Origin: Yuukianura sp. NJ FZ-2021
Lineage: Eukaryota
Reading direction: 5' to 3'
Length of the DNA stretch: 64,000 bases
Assembly: GCA_046563655.1 (NCBI GenBank)
Contig: CM102290.1
Span: 1,674,001-1,738,000 of the forward strand
Shown here: one piece after another, positions 27,951-39,599 of the stretch
Numbering within the stretch: the first letter of the stretch is position 1
How the letters are laid out: each line of letters begins with the position of its first letter
Translations under genes and position numbers: made by a program
Notes under the pieces: generated by a model
Databases searched by the model: none
The model's input: the letters and a program-made list of their open reading frames with translations, nothing else
Told to the model about the DNA's origin: nothing

Positions 27951-29830
27951 ATGGCGGCTGCTGGACAAGACAAGACGGTGAATAAAGTTGCCGTGTGTTC
28001 TGCAATATTTGCGGGACTTGGTTTTGTTGGCTACAGTGTAGTACGAACTGCTCTTCATCGACGAAGAAGGGAATATGATGGTATGTATCCAACTCTTAGA
28101 AAAATTACATAAAAATTTAGTTTTGAATTTAATTGAAGTGTGTTTGGTCTATAACAGTCAGTTATCCAGAGGGTGAAGCTCGACTGTATTTTAGAAAACT
28201 GTCTCAAACGACACAGACGGACACACTCCTTGGAAACATGGATGTTTCAAAAGGGGGTCGTGTCATTTTACGTCCACTGTCAGTTCAAGAGAGGATTCGA
28301 GAACTTAACTTTAGAGCTCGACACTTTGCAGATACAATGCTAGCCCTTCAAGGTCATCCTCGAGCTACTACAAATTCTGTTGGACCTCGTAGTCTCCAAG
28401 TATGTTGATTAATTTCAGATATTAATTATACACTAAGTAATCACATTAACAGACTCACTTTTACTTTTCAGTGTTCTCCTTGGAGTTCCCCCCGGATTCT
28501 CAGTCCAGTTGACATTCGTCATTTTATTGCCAGTCGTTCGTCAGACAACTTGTCCGTTGTGAACCAACGTTCAGAAGGTCAATCTCCTGTCCGACGGCGT
28601 TGGTCTCGTAAGTCAAAGGGCAAGTGCAGTCCAGATCCAGATGTGGAAATTAGCTCAGAAGAAACTGACCGGGCCATTGCGGATATTAGTGAGGAATTGA
28701 AAGAGAAACTGGAAGCACTCAGTTTGAAAGGAAGGTAAGGTCAAATGTCCTTCTACTATCATATTGTACTGAATCTGGATTCATTTGTAGGGCAATGGAT
28801 CCATACGAGGCAAAGACGCTTGTTGCCCTTCTATCAGCATCTGACGAAGGAGTTCTGGAGCGAGCTCTCGTGACTCTGGCTAACCTAGCTACACTTGAAA
28901 TCAACCAGCATCGTCTTCGTGAAGGCGGATGTCTCCATCGACTTCAAAATCTTCTGAGTCATCCAAAAGACGAAATTAGACTTGCTACAGTTCGAGCTCT
29001 TGGGAACTTGGCACTGAATGAAGAGAATCAAAGAGAAATGAAGGTTCGTAATTGTTATCAATTCACAATTAACTAAAGTTATTTACTAATCTGTTTTGGT
29101 GCAGGGCGTGATTCCAATCCTGGTTTCATTCTTGAGTGCTAGAAGTCGCGAAGAGGATGGAGAAGAAATATCAGAAGCAGTTTTGACTACACTGGCAAAT
29201 GTCGCTGTCCTCCCAAATTACCACCACGAATTCTTTACTTACCTGGACTCCTTCTATGGTCTAATTGACGTAGAATCTGTTGCACTTCAGCTCCAAACTC
29301 TTAAACTTCTTGTCAATCTCTCAACCAATCCAGAAATGGTACCTAGTCTGCTTGGTGCCAAGGTGAGTTTATGCAACTAACAATTTCCAAATTCCTTATA
29401 TTCACGTTAACTCAAAATGAAAAAGTGACGAACAATCTCCGTGACCTTGGCCATGTATTTTGCAGGCTCCGCAGCGACTGTTCTATTTACTCTGCAAGGA
29501 CTCCACTTGTGACGGTGACTACGAGGTTCTGCTGAGACTAGTCACATTCTTGGCCAATATTGTCACGACAGCCAAACGAGAAAAAGTTAAACACGGAGAT
29601 CTCCCAGCCACTCTAAAAGCAGCTTCACCAGACACGCTGTGAGTCTAACCTTTTTCAAAAGTTAAAAAAAAGTGTTAAATTATGTTCTTATTTCCAGATA
29701 TGCTTCAATTTATGGAGTGAACAAATCAGAAAAACTAAAAGAACGATCAGAACAACTCATGAATCACCATTCCCATCAAGATATTCGAATTCAAGCAAGA
29801 CGACTTCACTCAGCCCTGTCGCCCGCATGA
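27951..29830 (+). CDS. Armadillo-repeat protein, ARMC10/ARMCX-like, with N-terminal membrane anchor
   Basis: Seven phase-compatible exons. N-terminal hydrophobic helix VAVCSAIFAGLGFVGYSVV followed by RRRR. ARM repeats (LERALVTLANLA, VRALGNLALNEENQ, LKLLVNLSTNPEMVPSLLGAKAP, VLLRLVTFLANI) typical of the Arm_2 family. Confidence 0.8.
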
Positions 29831-31107
29831 TTCTGCCATCAATTCGTCATTAAACATGAATTCTTTTCTCTCAATTTACTTTTATCCCTAGGCCGACAAC
29901 AGTTATAGTCAATTATCCTAATAAAAACAGCGTTGAGCCTAATACGCTTAACTTCGTTACATGATTATTAGCTCGGTGACTGATTTGTTAGTGTTGATTC
30001 TAGTTTTGACGGCATTTGTTTGTCCTTAGTGGAATCAGTGACAGGCTTCTCTTTTTCTATACGTTTCATATCGCGAACAGCCCCTTCATGTAGGGAAGTC
30101 CTAAGAACCACATAGGCATCAAGTAGTATGTTTTTACATGCACAACATCCAGTATCAGACCTTAATCTTAATTAATTGAATGTAATTTACAACGTACCGC
30201 TCAGCAATTTGCTTGTAGTGAACAAATCCAATTATCCCGGTCGCAACGACACACGACACAGCAAACGTCACTTTTGAAGCTTTGCTCATTTAGCAAGTTT
30301 TTTTTCTAGAAATACTCGCTCGTATTCAGCTAAATCTTTAGCACATCGTTAGAAAATTAAACTAGTAATTAACTTCAATTAACAATTAACTTCAATTAAT
30401 GAATTCTGGACAGCTAAAGCAATTCCGGTTTACTTTTGCACAACACAAAACAAATGCTTTCGTGATATAAAAAATTCAAATTTCCTTCGCGCCAACTTGA
30501 GATTTTACTGTCTCAAGGAGTATTTTGATCGCCTACTTTCTTAAAACACTAACAATTGCTATTGTTCTAAACATTTTCAATTGAATTTTTAATTAGAACA
30601 ATGACGAGAATGCTTGGTATTCTTGCTGGGGCGTCGCTCCAGTTCTTTCAACCGTCATATTCAGAATTTAGACTGCTCCTCCGTCAAGGTCAAAAACCAA
30701 AAACATGCAAAGATTTGCCGTGAAACGACTGGAAATGGCTTGGAACGTCGTAAAAAGTAAAAAGGGGCAACAAAAAAATTGTGAAAAAAAAATTTGACGA
30801 AAAAATCAATTTCTGTTCCGGATTGGAGAAATTGTGGATCCAGTTTCAAAGTTTCAAGAAAAAAAATTTTGTAGCTCATTTCTGGAGTAAGTATTGTACG
30901 GCAATGAAAATTTGGTAATTAGATAATAGAAATTAAAATGAGTTTCCATTTCCTGCGGTTAGCTCACCAATGTTCATTTCCAGGAATTACATTTTCTGTC
31001 TTGCACCGCAAATAAAATCTAATTTAATTTTTTCCTGGAAGGAGTATAAAAGCAGAAGAAAATTTCAATTTCAATCTCGTGTCGTTTTTCCCAATTTTCA
31101 ACTAACC

Positions 31108-34100
31108 ATGATTTCAAAATTCCGTTTTTTGATCAAATTGATTCTAGTAGCTAACCAATTATTTAGGTTAGCAAATGCTGACCAATCACTGGACGCCATG
31201 TTGAGTAAGCCAAATGCAGCCAAATAAAAAAACCAAACTGGAAAATTCGAAAATCAAAAATCAAATTTTTAGAACTGGCTAATTTTTGTGCTGGTTTGAA
31301 CTTAGATGATCAAATTGAGCTTGTAGAGGTCATGCTAAGTGAATCCAGGAACTGTGACCTCTGGATTTTGTCTCAGCATATGGACGTTGACCTGTTGGAT
31401 AGAATCTGGGCGAGAGGTCAACCTGTTCATCTTATATCTCCGCAAGGTCATGACCTCAACTTGACCTTTGGATTCCATCGGTTTCACAAATTGCAAATGA
31501 CTAGCTGCAGTCAACTAGCAGTATTCTGCCAATCAGTCCAAGCGTGTTCTAGCACTGCTTCTGCTCTTGCTCCTTTGACCCCCCAACTTTACCCCAGAAG
31601 AAAGCTACTCCTCTTTTTAGAAAATGGTATTTCAAAAATTGAAACTTTTTCAAAAACGAAAACCAAGGTTGTTTAATTCAAAATTTTGTTTTTTTAACAG
31701 GTTATACCGTAACTCCTTTTTTCAAATTTTTCAATTTCTTGAACCGTATATCTGACGCAGCTCCGTTGCGTTAGTAATTCTAAATCAAAACTATGACTCA
31801 GCAACGTATAAATGAAAAAAAAAATCGACAGGTTATTGTGAAAATCAAGAAAATTGGTACAAGTTATTTCTTTGTGTTTTTTTTAAATCGGAGTTATGGC
31901 ATAACCTGTTAGCGCATTTGTATAAATGAGCGTCATAGCAACCTTGGTCTTAACAATTTTAAATACCGAATTTCAGAAACGTCCAACTCCATGAAAAAGC
32001 CCTTTGCTGACCACAAAACTTTCGACGCCTTGACCGATATGTTCCGTTCACTCAAAGTTCAAATCACGTTGATCCGAAAGTACACTGGGGAACCCATTAG
32101 GAAACAAAAAGTGAATGACCTTGGACCAATTTTTCATGTAAGTTTTAAACTAAAACTCAAAGTATACACCTTAGAGCTGACTTTGACCTTTGACCTTTCT
32201 ACTTTCAGTTGATGACATGGACTGTAAATTGGGTAAACATGTTGACTTGGCTTTGTTTTTAATGTACTGAATTTTAAGTAATGATGTCATACTAACTCTT
32301 ATGTTAGGCTAACATAACCTAACATGATGGTTAGATTAAGTTAGGCTGTATGTCTCAGTTCCCCGGTGGCTCTCCCTTGCTCTTTGACGCTTGGACCAAG
32401 TCCAATGGATTTCAATTTCAAAACCAATTAACAATTGATGCGAACAAGATCAAAGTATCTACGAAAACGACAACTCTCCGTTTCTGCCTGCCCTCCTTCC
32501 ACATGCGACCCATTTTCAAACCATACAACTCCAATTTCGGCTTCACTGGAACGCATGCTGAATTCATCCAGGCATGTAAATTTGGAAAAAAAAAATTAAA
32601 ATCAAGGTTTTTTGACAACGATAAATAAATTTTCTTTAAAATGTTGGGTACTATCTCCATTGTTAACAAAAAAAAAGAAAAAAAAATTCATATGCAAAAT
32701 TTAAAAAAGTCGGCTGTATTGTTATGACTACAGTGCCGTGAAATGAAGACACTTTTTTTTTGCAAAATAAAAAAAAATGGGGTATTACCCAACCTGTTAA
32801 ACAAAATGAAAGTCAACAAACCTTGGTTTAAAGTATAGTTCTAGATTCCAAATTGTATTTCTAGGATTTGGCAAACGCCATGCATGTCACTCCGGTCGTT
32901 AGAGAAGCCAATGAGAGAGAATACGGAAGCCAATTGGACGACGGATCCTGGACAGGAGCCATCGGATGTATAGATCGGATGGAAGCGGACATAGGGATTG
33001 GGCACTTGCTGTTTACCAGTGAAAGGAAGCAAGCCGTAAGAAAACATGATTCGAAATTTTGAAATTATTTTTTTTTGAATTTTCGTTTTTAGAAAATTAT
33101 TCTTGGACCGTGGGACTCCATTCTGAACAGCGTCGTGGTCTGCTCCAGTCCTGCGCCGCTTCCACTCGCAACTCTCTTATTTTTACCGTTCCCTTGCGAT
33201 ATGTGGATCTCCGTGATGTTTTGGTGTCTCCTGACATTCTTGACATTCAAAGGACTCGAACAAGCTACCAAACGATGTTTGAAGCCAATCTACCTCAGAG
33301 GCCCCACATGGTATGACCCGCCAAAAATCAAGGTCGAAAAATTCAAATTCCTGCAAGTTCTAGCGCCACTCTGTTTTCAACCGGTTCCTGAGCGGAGGAT
33401 TCCCAAAAGATGTCACTTTGTCGTCCTCTTCTGCCATTGGCTCGTTTTTGCTTACTTGGTCGCCATTCTCTTTTCAACGGAACTTGTTGGACTCCTACTC
33501 CAAATTCCGCGGGAAGCGAAAATCAAATCGGTAGAGGACTTGGTTGACCGGAACGAGGATGCTTGGTATCTCACCAAACTGGTTCACCAGGTAAGCCAAA
33601 AAGTCAAGGTCTAGTGGTTCAATATTCGAATGCAAAACCCCAAGTATTCGAATAACGAATAACTATTCGAACATTATCAGGAAGTATTCGAAGTTTGAAT
33701 AGTGCTAACTCCTAGTAACCTAACTTGAATAAAACGGTGGAGTTTTTCTTCTGAGCAATCAGCGAAGAAAAAAAAAACGTTTTTGCAGAATCTCACATCG
33801 CCCCAAAGCCATTCGAAATTTATTGTATAAATTTTGTATTTTGTGTAAACATTGTTTTCTTTTTCAATTAATTTAATTAATTAAAAGTTTAGATTTTAAA
33901 TTTTATCTACAGTTGTCTTTTCGTTACGAAATGGAACGAAAAAGACGGGCATTGGACGACAGATTTTAAAAGTTTATCAGGGTTTGAATTGGGCTGGTTT
34001 CCCACCTATGCACTCGAGTACCGTCCTGAGATATTCGAATAACGAACACCTCTAAAACCTAGTATTCGAGTTCTAATATTCGAATATAAATATTCGAACT

Positions 34101-34688
34101 CGAACCACTAACCTTCCATCATTTGAACTACTTTCCACTTTGTAGATGCTCGAGAAGTCCAAGTTCCACGTGGACAAAGGGCTGCTGACCTCGGAACATC
34201 ATCGGGGTTTTGCTCCTACGAATCCAAATGATACAACTTTTGATTTTGATTCGGAAGGCTACACTTTTTTAGCCACTACTATTGACAGTTGCTTGATCGC
34301 TGAAGAGGGAAGGTCAAAGTTCTACTTGCCACATTCCATGAGCCGAGGAGCAATTCCACGCCTATACTTGTCCAAGCATATCTCGCTCTTGGGTTCTTCT
34401 GGACTCTTTTTGAGAAACGACATGGACACTAGTGTTCAAGAGTTCTTATACCGATTCACTGGAAACTACATAGCGACAGGGTTGTTCAATCGGCGGTTGA
34501 AGTCGCTTCATACCACCAGTTTGGACTATAACACCTACGATCAATTGGTCAACGAACCACTTCGTCCCGTACCACTTGACCTCGCACAGGTCAAAATCGT
34601 ATTCAATACTTACATCCTCGGCCTCATGCTGTCAGTATTCGTTTTCATTGGAGAAATACTGGTGTCTCGAAAAACGAAGAGAAAGTAA
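31108..34688 (+). CDS. Divergent ionotropic (chemosensory) receptor, iGluR/IR family
   Basis: Exons 31108-31204, 31273-~31626, 31977-32137, 32209-32232, 32359-32571, 32865-33035, 33093-33590, 34146-34688. S1 lobe YGSQLDDGSWTGAIGCIDRMEADIGIG, LPFPCDMW/TM1, WLVF..L...FSTELVGLL..P..IKSVEDL, C-terminal PLDLAQV..F..YILGL..S..VFIGEIL. Confidence 0.85.
31664..31946. mobile_element. MITE related to families A/B (CAAGGTT...AACCTTG) in an IR intron
   Basis: Terminal caaggttg / caaccttg. Internal inverted repeat taacaggttat..taactcc / ggagttatggcataacctgtta. TSD not evident. Confidence 0.6.
32603..32825 (+). mobile_element. MITE family A in an IR intron
   Basis: Full-length similarity to 34753-35017, 44102-44348 and 57234-57494. 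Confidence 0.8.
33612..34110. mobile_element. MITE family E (TAGTGGTTCRA TIR, subterminal TATTCGAATA repeats; hAT-like) in an IR intron
   Basis: tagtggttcaa ... tcgaaccacta. Clusters of tattcga motifs at both ends. No clear TSD. Confidence 0.68.
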
Positions 34689-34752
34689 TTTTTGAAGTTT
34701 CTCAAAATTTTGAACAATACACGGATCGCGTTATCTCCAAGAAGGGTGGGGG

Positions 34753-35017
34753 CAAGGTTCTTGACAACGAAACTTAATTTCCTTTAACAGGTTGGGTACT
34801 GCCTAGCTGGTTGACAGAAAAACGGGAAAAAAATGGTACCAATTTTAGTACCAATCCGAATAATTACTGCCAATAAACCTTATGTAAAATTTAAAAAATT
34901 CAGCTGTGTTGTTATGACTCCGATGCCCAGAAATGAAAAGACACTTTTTTTTTTACAAAATCAAAAAAAAGAGGTATTACCCAACCTGTTAAAGAGAATT
35001 AAATTTAAAAAACCTTG
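34753..35017 (+). mobile_element. MITE family A (CAAGGTT TIR, 8-bp TSD; P-superfamily-like)
   Basis: Perfect 8-bp TSD ggtggggg (34745-34752 / 35018-35025). Internal inverted repeat tttaacaggttgggta / tacccaacctgttaaa. Confidence 0.88.
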
Positions 35018-35891
35018 GGTGGGGGTAATTTGGACGTTAATCTTTTCATTTTGAAAACGGCGGTGAAAGGATAGTGGGGAAAGTGAAAGTGTTTTTGGGC
35101 ATGATGAAAATGTTTCGGTTCAACGCATCTTCCAAACTCCGTTTTTTGAAAAGCTCAAATTGACTTTTTTCTTTTTACTTTTTAAAAGAGTTTGAACTTT
35201 TTAAAAATTGAGAAGTTGAACCGCGGATTTTGAGCAAAAGTTTCTTTTTTTTTTTAAGTTTAAAAAAGTGGCTTAGAGAGGAACAAAGCCTTATTCCCAT
35301 CTTCAATAATCCGCCCACAAATCATGGTTTACAAATGTTTCCACTCTGGAATAATTCATGATCAAATACGTCATCTTCCGTTTCCTGGAACGTTAGGTTA
35401 GTTAGGTTAGGTGGTAAGGAGGACCCGATCCCATTAGCAAACCCATCTGTCAATCTGTCATGGAAGGTTAACTTTCTCCTTATGGGCCACCATCAAAAAA
35501 TATAGCCTAACCTAACCTCTAACGGCCTCTCAAAAACTAAATCTGACCATAACCCGAAACATTTTTTAAAGGAACATTAAACTAAAAGCAATGCAACTTA
35601 ACGTAACCGTCTTACATTTCTAGTACCGCATTTTCTGGCATATAGCACGCACTCGCGTATAATACGCATACTCACGTAATTCTTTCAATTTGGTTTAGAT
35701 TTAGGATTTGAGGGATATTTGATGGATTTGTTGAGGTGGCATTAGATGAAAACAGTTTAAGGTAAAGGTTAGTAGATATATATTTGTATTCATATGTTCA
35801 TCTATATTTATTTATATAGATATAAAGTTTAATAATAATGAAATCTAGCTAAGTCTGAGGAATACCTAAAATTTCTGCTTGATGAAATCTT

Positions 35892-36001
35892 GTAGTACCT
35901 TCGGGACTATAATTATAAAAATTGAAACGATACAGAGAAGATTAGCATGGCCCCTGCGCGAGAATGACACGCAAAACCCTGAAGGGTACCACATTTATTT
36001 T
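35892..36001 (+). ncRNA. U6: U6 snRNA, divergent copy (variant gene or pseudogene)
   Basis: Contains the invariant core ACGATACAGAGAAGATTAGCATGGCCCCTGCGC..ATGACACGCAAA, a 5' TTCG hairpin and a T-rich 3' end. Full U6 length. Confidence 0.9.
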
Positions 36002-39000
36002 ATATAGTTAAAGATTAATTATATATATTAGGTATTGAATGTAATATCCGTGCAGTTGATTAGAAAAATCTTTAGTTTTCAGGGAGAAAATATTATTTCT
36101 GAATTTTTCGAAGCCGCACGGATAACACTCGCCGTATAGGCAAGGAAATACGGTAATAGAAATACTAACAACCGCTAAACTTGTACATCAATAACAAATT
36201 TGGCCTGCTTTCAGAGGCCTGCTATTTAAAGGGTTCTAAGAATTTAAGAATCATAGTTTGCGGAAAATCCGAACCTAACCGTCCTTTGTAACAACAAAAG
36301 AGTTCCAAAGTTAGCCTAATCAAGTCATAGATACTCCGAATCCCATTAGTGCTCTGTGTCAAATCATCTAAAATCCTGAAAGCCTAATGAAATGACAAAT
36401 TTTTATGAATTAAAGGTTGTAAATTGGAAAAAATTGATCCGTTAACAGTTGACAATTTACACAAACCATGCAACGGTTTCGTTAACGAATCAACCACGGT
36501 TGGTGAAAATTCAACTCTGCCAAAATTTCATTTATTTGAGTCCAAAATTTTTGTTTTCCGAACTACAGAAGTAGTTTTTTTTGTTTTGGAAAGTACGTTT
36601 TTTATGTGAAAATTGTTTATGTTTTGTTCAGAGTGTCCCAATTGTTCGAACAAGGTTCTTCATGTTTTTTTGTGTAGGAAAGTAGAAAAGTTTAACCCTT
36701 AAGCCTATAGAATTTCGTACCAGTTGCAGAAGTTGTAAATCTACAAATTGACAACAAACTTTTGTGTTCCTCTTCAAGTGTCAACAAAAATCTGACCACA
36801 CTAGACAATCACACCCCAAGGACTGGACACTGGGCAATTCACAAAAAAGTCTAACTGGAAAAAAAGTTTCGAAATTTTAGTTCCGCAAAAAGTCTAATAG
36901 GAAAGGTTTGAATAGGAGGACACTCGTTGAACGTTTTCAGTGTTCAATTGAACCAAAAGTAGGTTGAATTTTTTTGGACTTTGGAAATAAGAAAACTTGT
37001 GTTTTGTTCTAAAAAGAAAGTTTTTTTTTCCAATTCGAAGTGTTAAGGGTGAGAGGACGTAGACAGCTTAAGGGCGAGGTGGTTGACGCAAAAATAAAAA
37101 GAAAACGTAGCGTGCGTACGAAAACTTCAAAGTTCCCACCGGGTGGGTAAAGCGTCCGTAACCTCTTGCACGACACACAAACGACCACGGTTTTCACGGT
37201 GCAGCGGTCGTTGTCTTTTTTAGAAAAAGTGTCACGGCGTTCCCGCAGTCATAAATCATCAAAAACTAAAAGAAAAAAATGCTTGCCCAAATAAGTCAGG
37301 GAAAACAAAAGGGGGAAGACGACAGAAACAATTGAAATGACATGAAAAAAGCGGGAAAAACGAAGAAAGCGGGGAAAATCGTAGTTTGTGGACGGATTGC
37401 TTTTCCAATTTTTTCTTGTAACTTTCTCCCCCCTTAGACACACATGGCACAAAAATGTTCTTAGACAAAAGTTGAACTTAGCCAAAAACGACGTGCAACT
37501 CTGTCTAGTTTCATCCTTTCCATAAATCAAAATTTCAATTTTTGCAATAAAAAAATTTTTTTAGCGAATTTCAAAAATTCTTGTTAAAAGTTTCACCTTC
37601 CTTTCCTTACATTTTAAGTAAACTGTAACCCAAAACCAAAAAATAAAATTTTTGTACTATAATCAAACTTTACCTTTTTACTAAACTCTCGCGGTGTTTC
37701 AAAAAAAAATTTTTCAAAATTTGAAAATCGTTTTTTGAACGACACCATATTGAATGTTAATTTTTTCAAAAGTGCGAGTGTGTGTGTATGAGTAAAAGTG
37801 CAGATTATGGAGTAGAGGTGTGCAAAAGAAAAAGAATAAGCAGGAGTGGAGTGATTAAAATCACACAGTGATTAATACTCAACAAACGTTAGTAACTTGA
37901 GTAATATGCTAAAACTAATGAATAATTAAGTACTAAGGTGATGAATATTCAAAGAAAGTGATAAATAATCAAGTAGATATCGTGTGAAAATCGTCAGCCA
38001 TGCTAAAAAATGTTTTAACAGATGTCATGATGTAGTACTTAGGGATTTTTAGTAGGAAATCGTGAAATCGTGATTTTTGAGCCCAGCTTTCCCTTACTAA
38101 TCCTGATTTAACAGTTGAAGAAGTTTTTGAAGTGACTATGGAGTGGATGTGACATTGGTCCAAAAGACTCCTAGTAAGAACTTGGAGCCTTTGTATCCAT
38201 AAAGAAGCAGCTGGAGATGGGAGGCTGTTTCTGGAGTGGCGAAAGACGCTGTTCAACGTCGGATTTATGCAAAATGTTTTGAGGGAATGGCGGAGTGTTT
38301 GGTAAGTAGTACAGTGTGAATTTCATGGGGGAACTTAGCAGATGGAGGCAGAACAAACTTTGGACATTAACGTCCCTCCTTCTTCTTCTGGAAGGCCATA
38401 GTTCCATTATTCCGTCCAGAAAAGGACGGAAGGACGTCCTATCCGTCCCACCATTACCCACGAACCACCGCCACCAAGTCTATGCCGCCAAAAGACTTTT
38501 CCTTCTTCCATTGTTCTTGCCTAATGGACCTCATCCCCACCTTTACTCTGGTCCCACCAGGGTACGAATCCCACTTCCTCAAAAAATTTTTCATGTGGGA
38601 TTTTAATCGATTTTTAACAGTTTGGCCTTTTCCAGTTTTAGAAATTCTGGACACTTCGACTTTTCGAATTTTCTTTCAGAAAATGTTACATGGGAGAGTT
38701 TTCGTAGAATGTGAGGTAATTTGAGTTATAACTGAAAAGGTGATTAAAATCGAGTAAAATTGAGTAGAATTCGGTTTAGATTGGGGAGTGGGTGGTTAAC
38801 TATGAGGTTTTTTGAGAAGAAAAATCAAGGGAATTGTGAAAGAAGAGCGGGAAGGAGTGAAAGCCATCCCCATTGCAATCATCATTACGATTCTTAATTA
38901 TTTTCACCATCATCCTCCTCATCATGACTGCCTGAGCCTGTCCCTTGCCAAATTACGGGAATTACTTGGACTAAAGATACAATTTTACAAGGGGACATTC

Positions 39001-39599
39001 CTTTATGATCCTCCGAAATGGCCAAGCACAAAGACCCAACTATTTTTCCAACTTAATAAGTTCTAACACTGAACAAACTTGTTATAAACTAGTAGTTAGT
39101 TGCACGAAACCTGAAATTTTTTTTTAGAAAAACTACAGTACTGTGCTAAAAACTTTTTTTGATTGTAGAGAAAGTTTAATTTTATTTTCAAAAATATTCA
39201 CAAATGGTATTAAATCACAGTTTCTCTTTTTCTTTCTGCTTCCCAATTAAACTAATTAAGGTGACAGAAAGTGTCAAAAGTTTAATTGTTAGACAGATCC
39301 TGTTACCTAAGTTTTCAAAAACAATTTTTCCCCTTTTTTTCGAAAATTTATTTTTGTTTCAAAATTTTCTGTAAAACTTTGGTAAATGTCATGGGAATGA
39401 GAACTGCCAAGTTTTGATTGGCGGGGCAAACTTTTTGTTTGAATTTTTGCTGCTTGCTGCAAAAATTCTTTGTTCGAGAGAGTGAACGAACATCTGTTTG
39501 GAGGATGGAGATGTGAGATTTTCTGGAGGAGGTCAGGAAGTCAAGGCTTATCAAAGGAGGGGTCAAGTTCTAGATCGATTGTCCCGTGTCAAGGTCAAG

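Noticed and set aside
35392..35520. TTAGG/CCTAA runs
   Set aside because: Only 2-4 imperfect units, scattered through the window. Not a telomere array.
38150..38724. Cluster of short ORFs in a mildly GC-richer patch (similar patches at 41.4-41.7, 46.9-47.6, 49.4-49.8 and 52.5-52.8 kb)
   Set aside because: No coherent exon chain or family motif found. They could be UTR or non-coding exons, but this cannot be supported from sequence alone.
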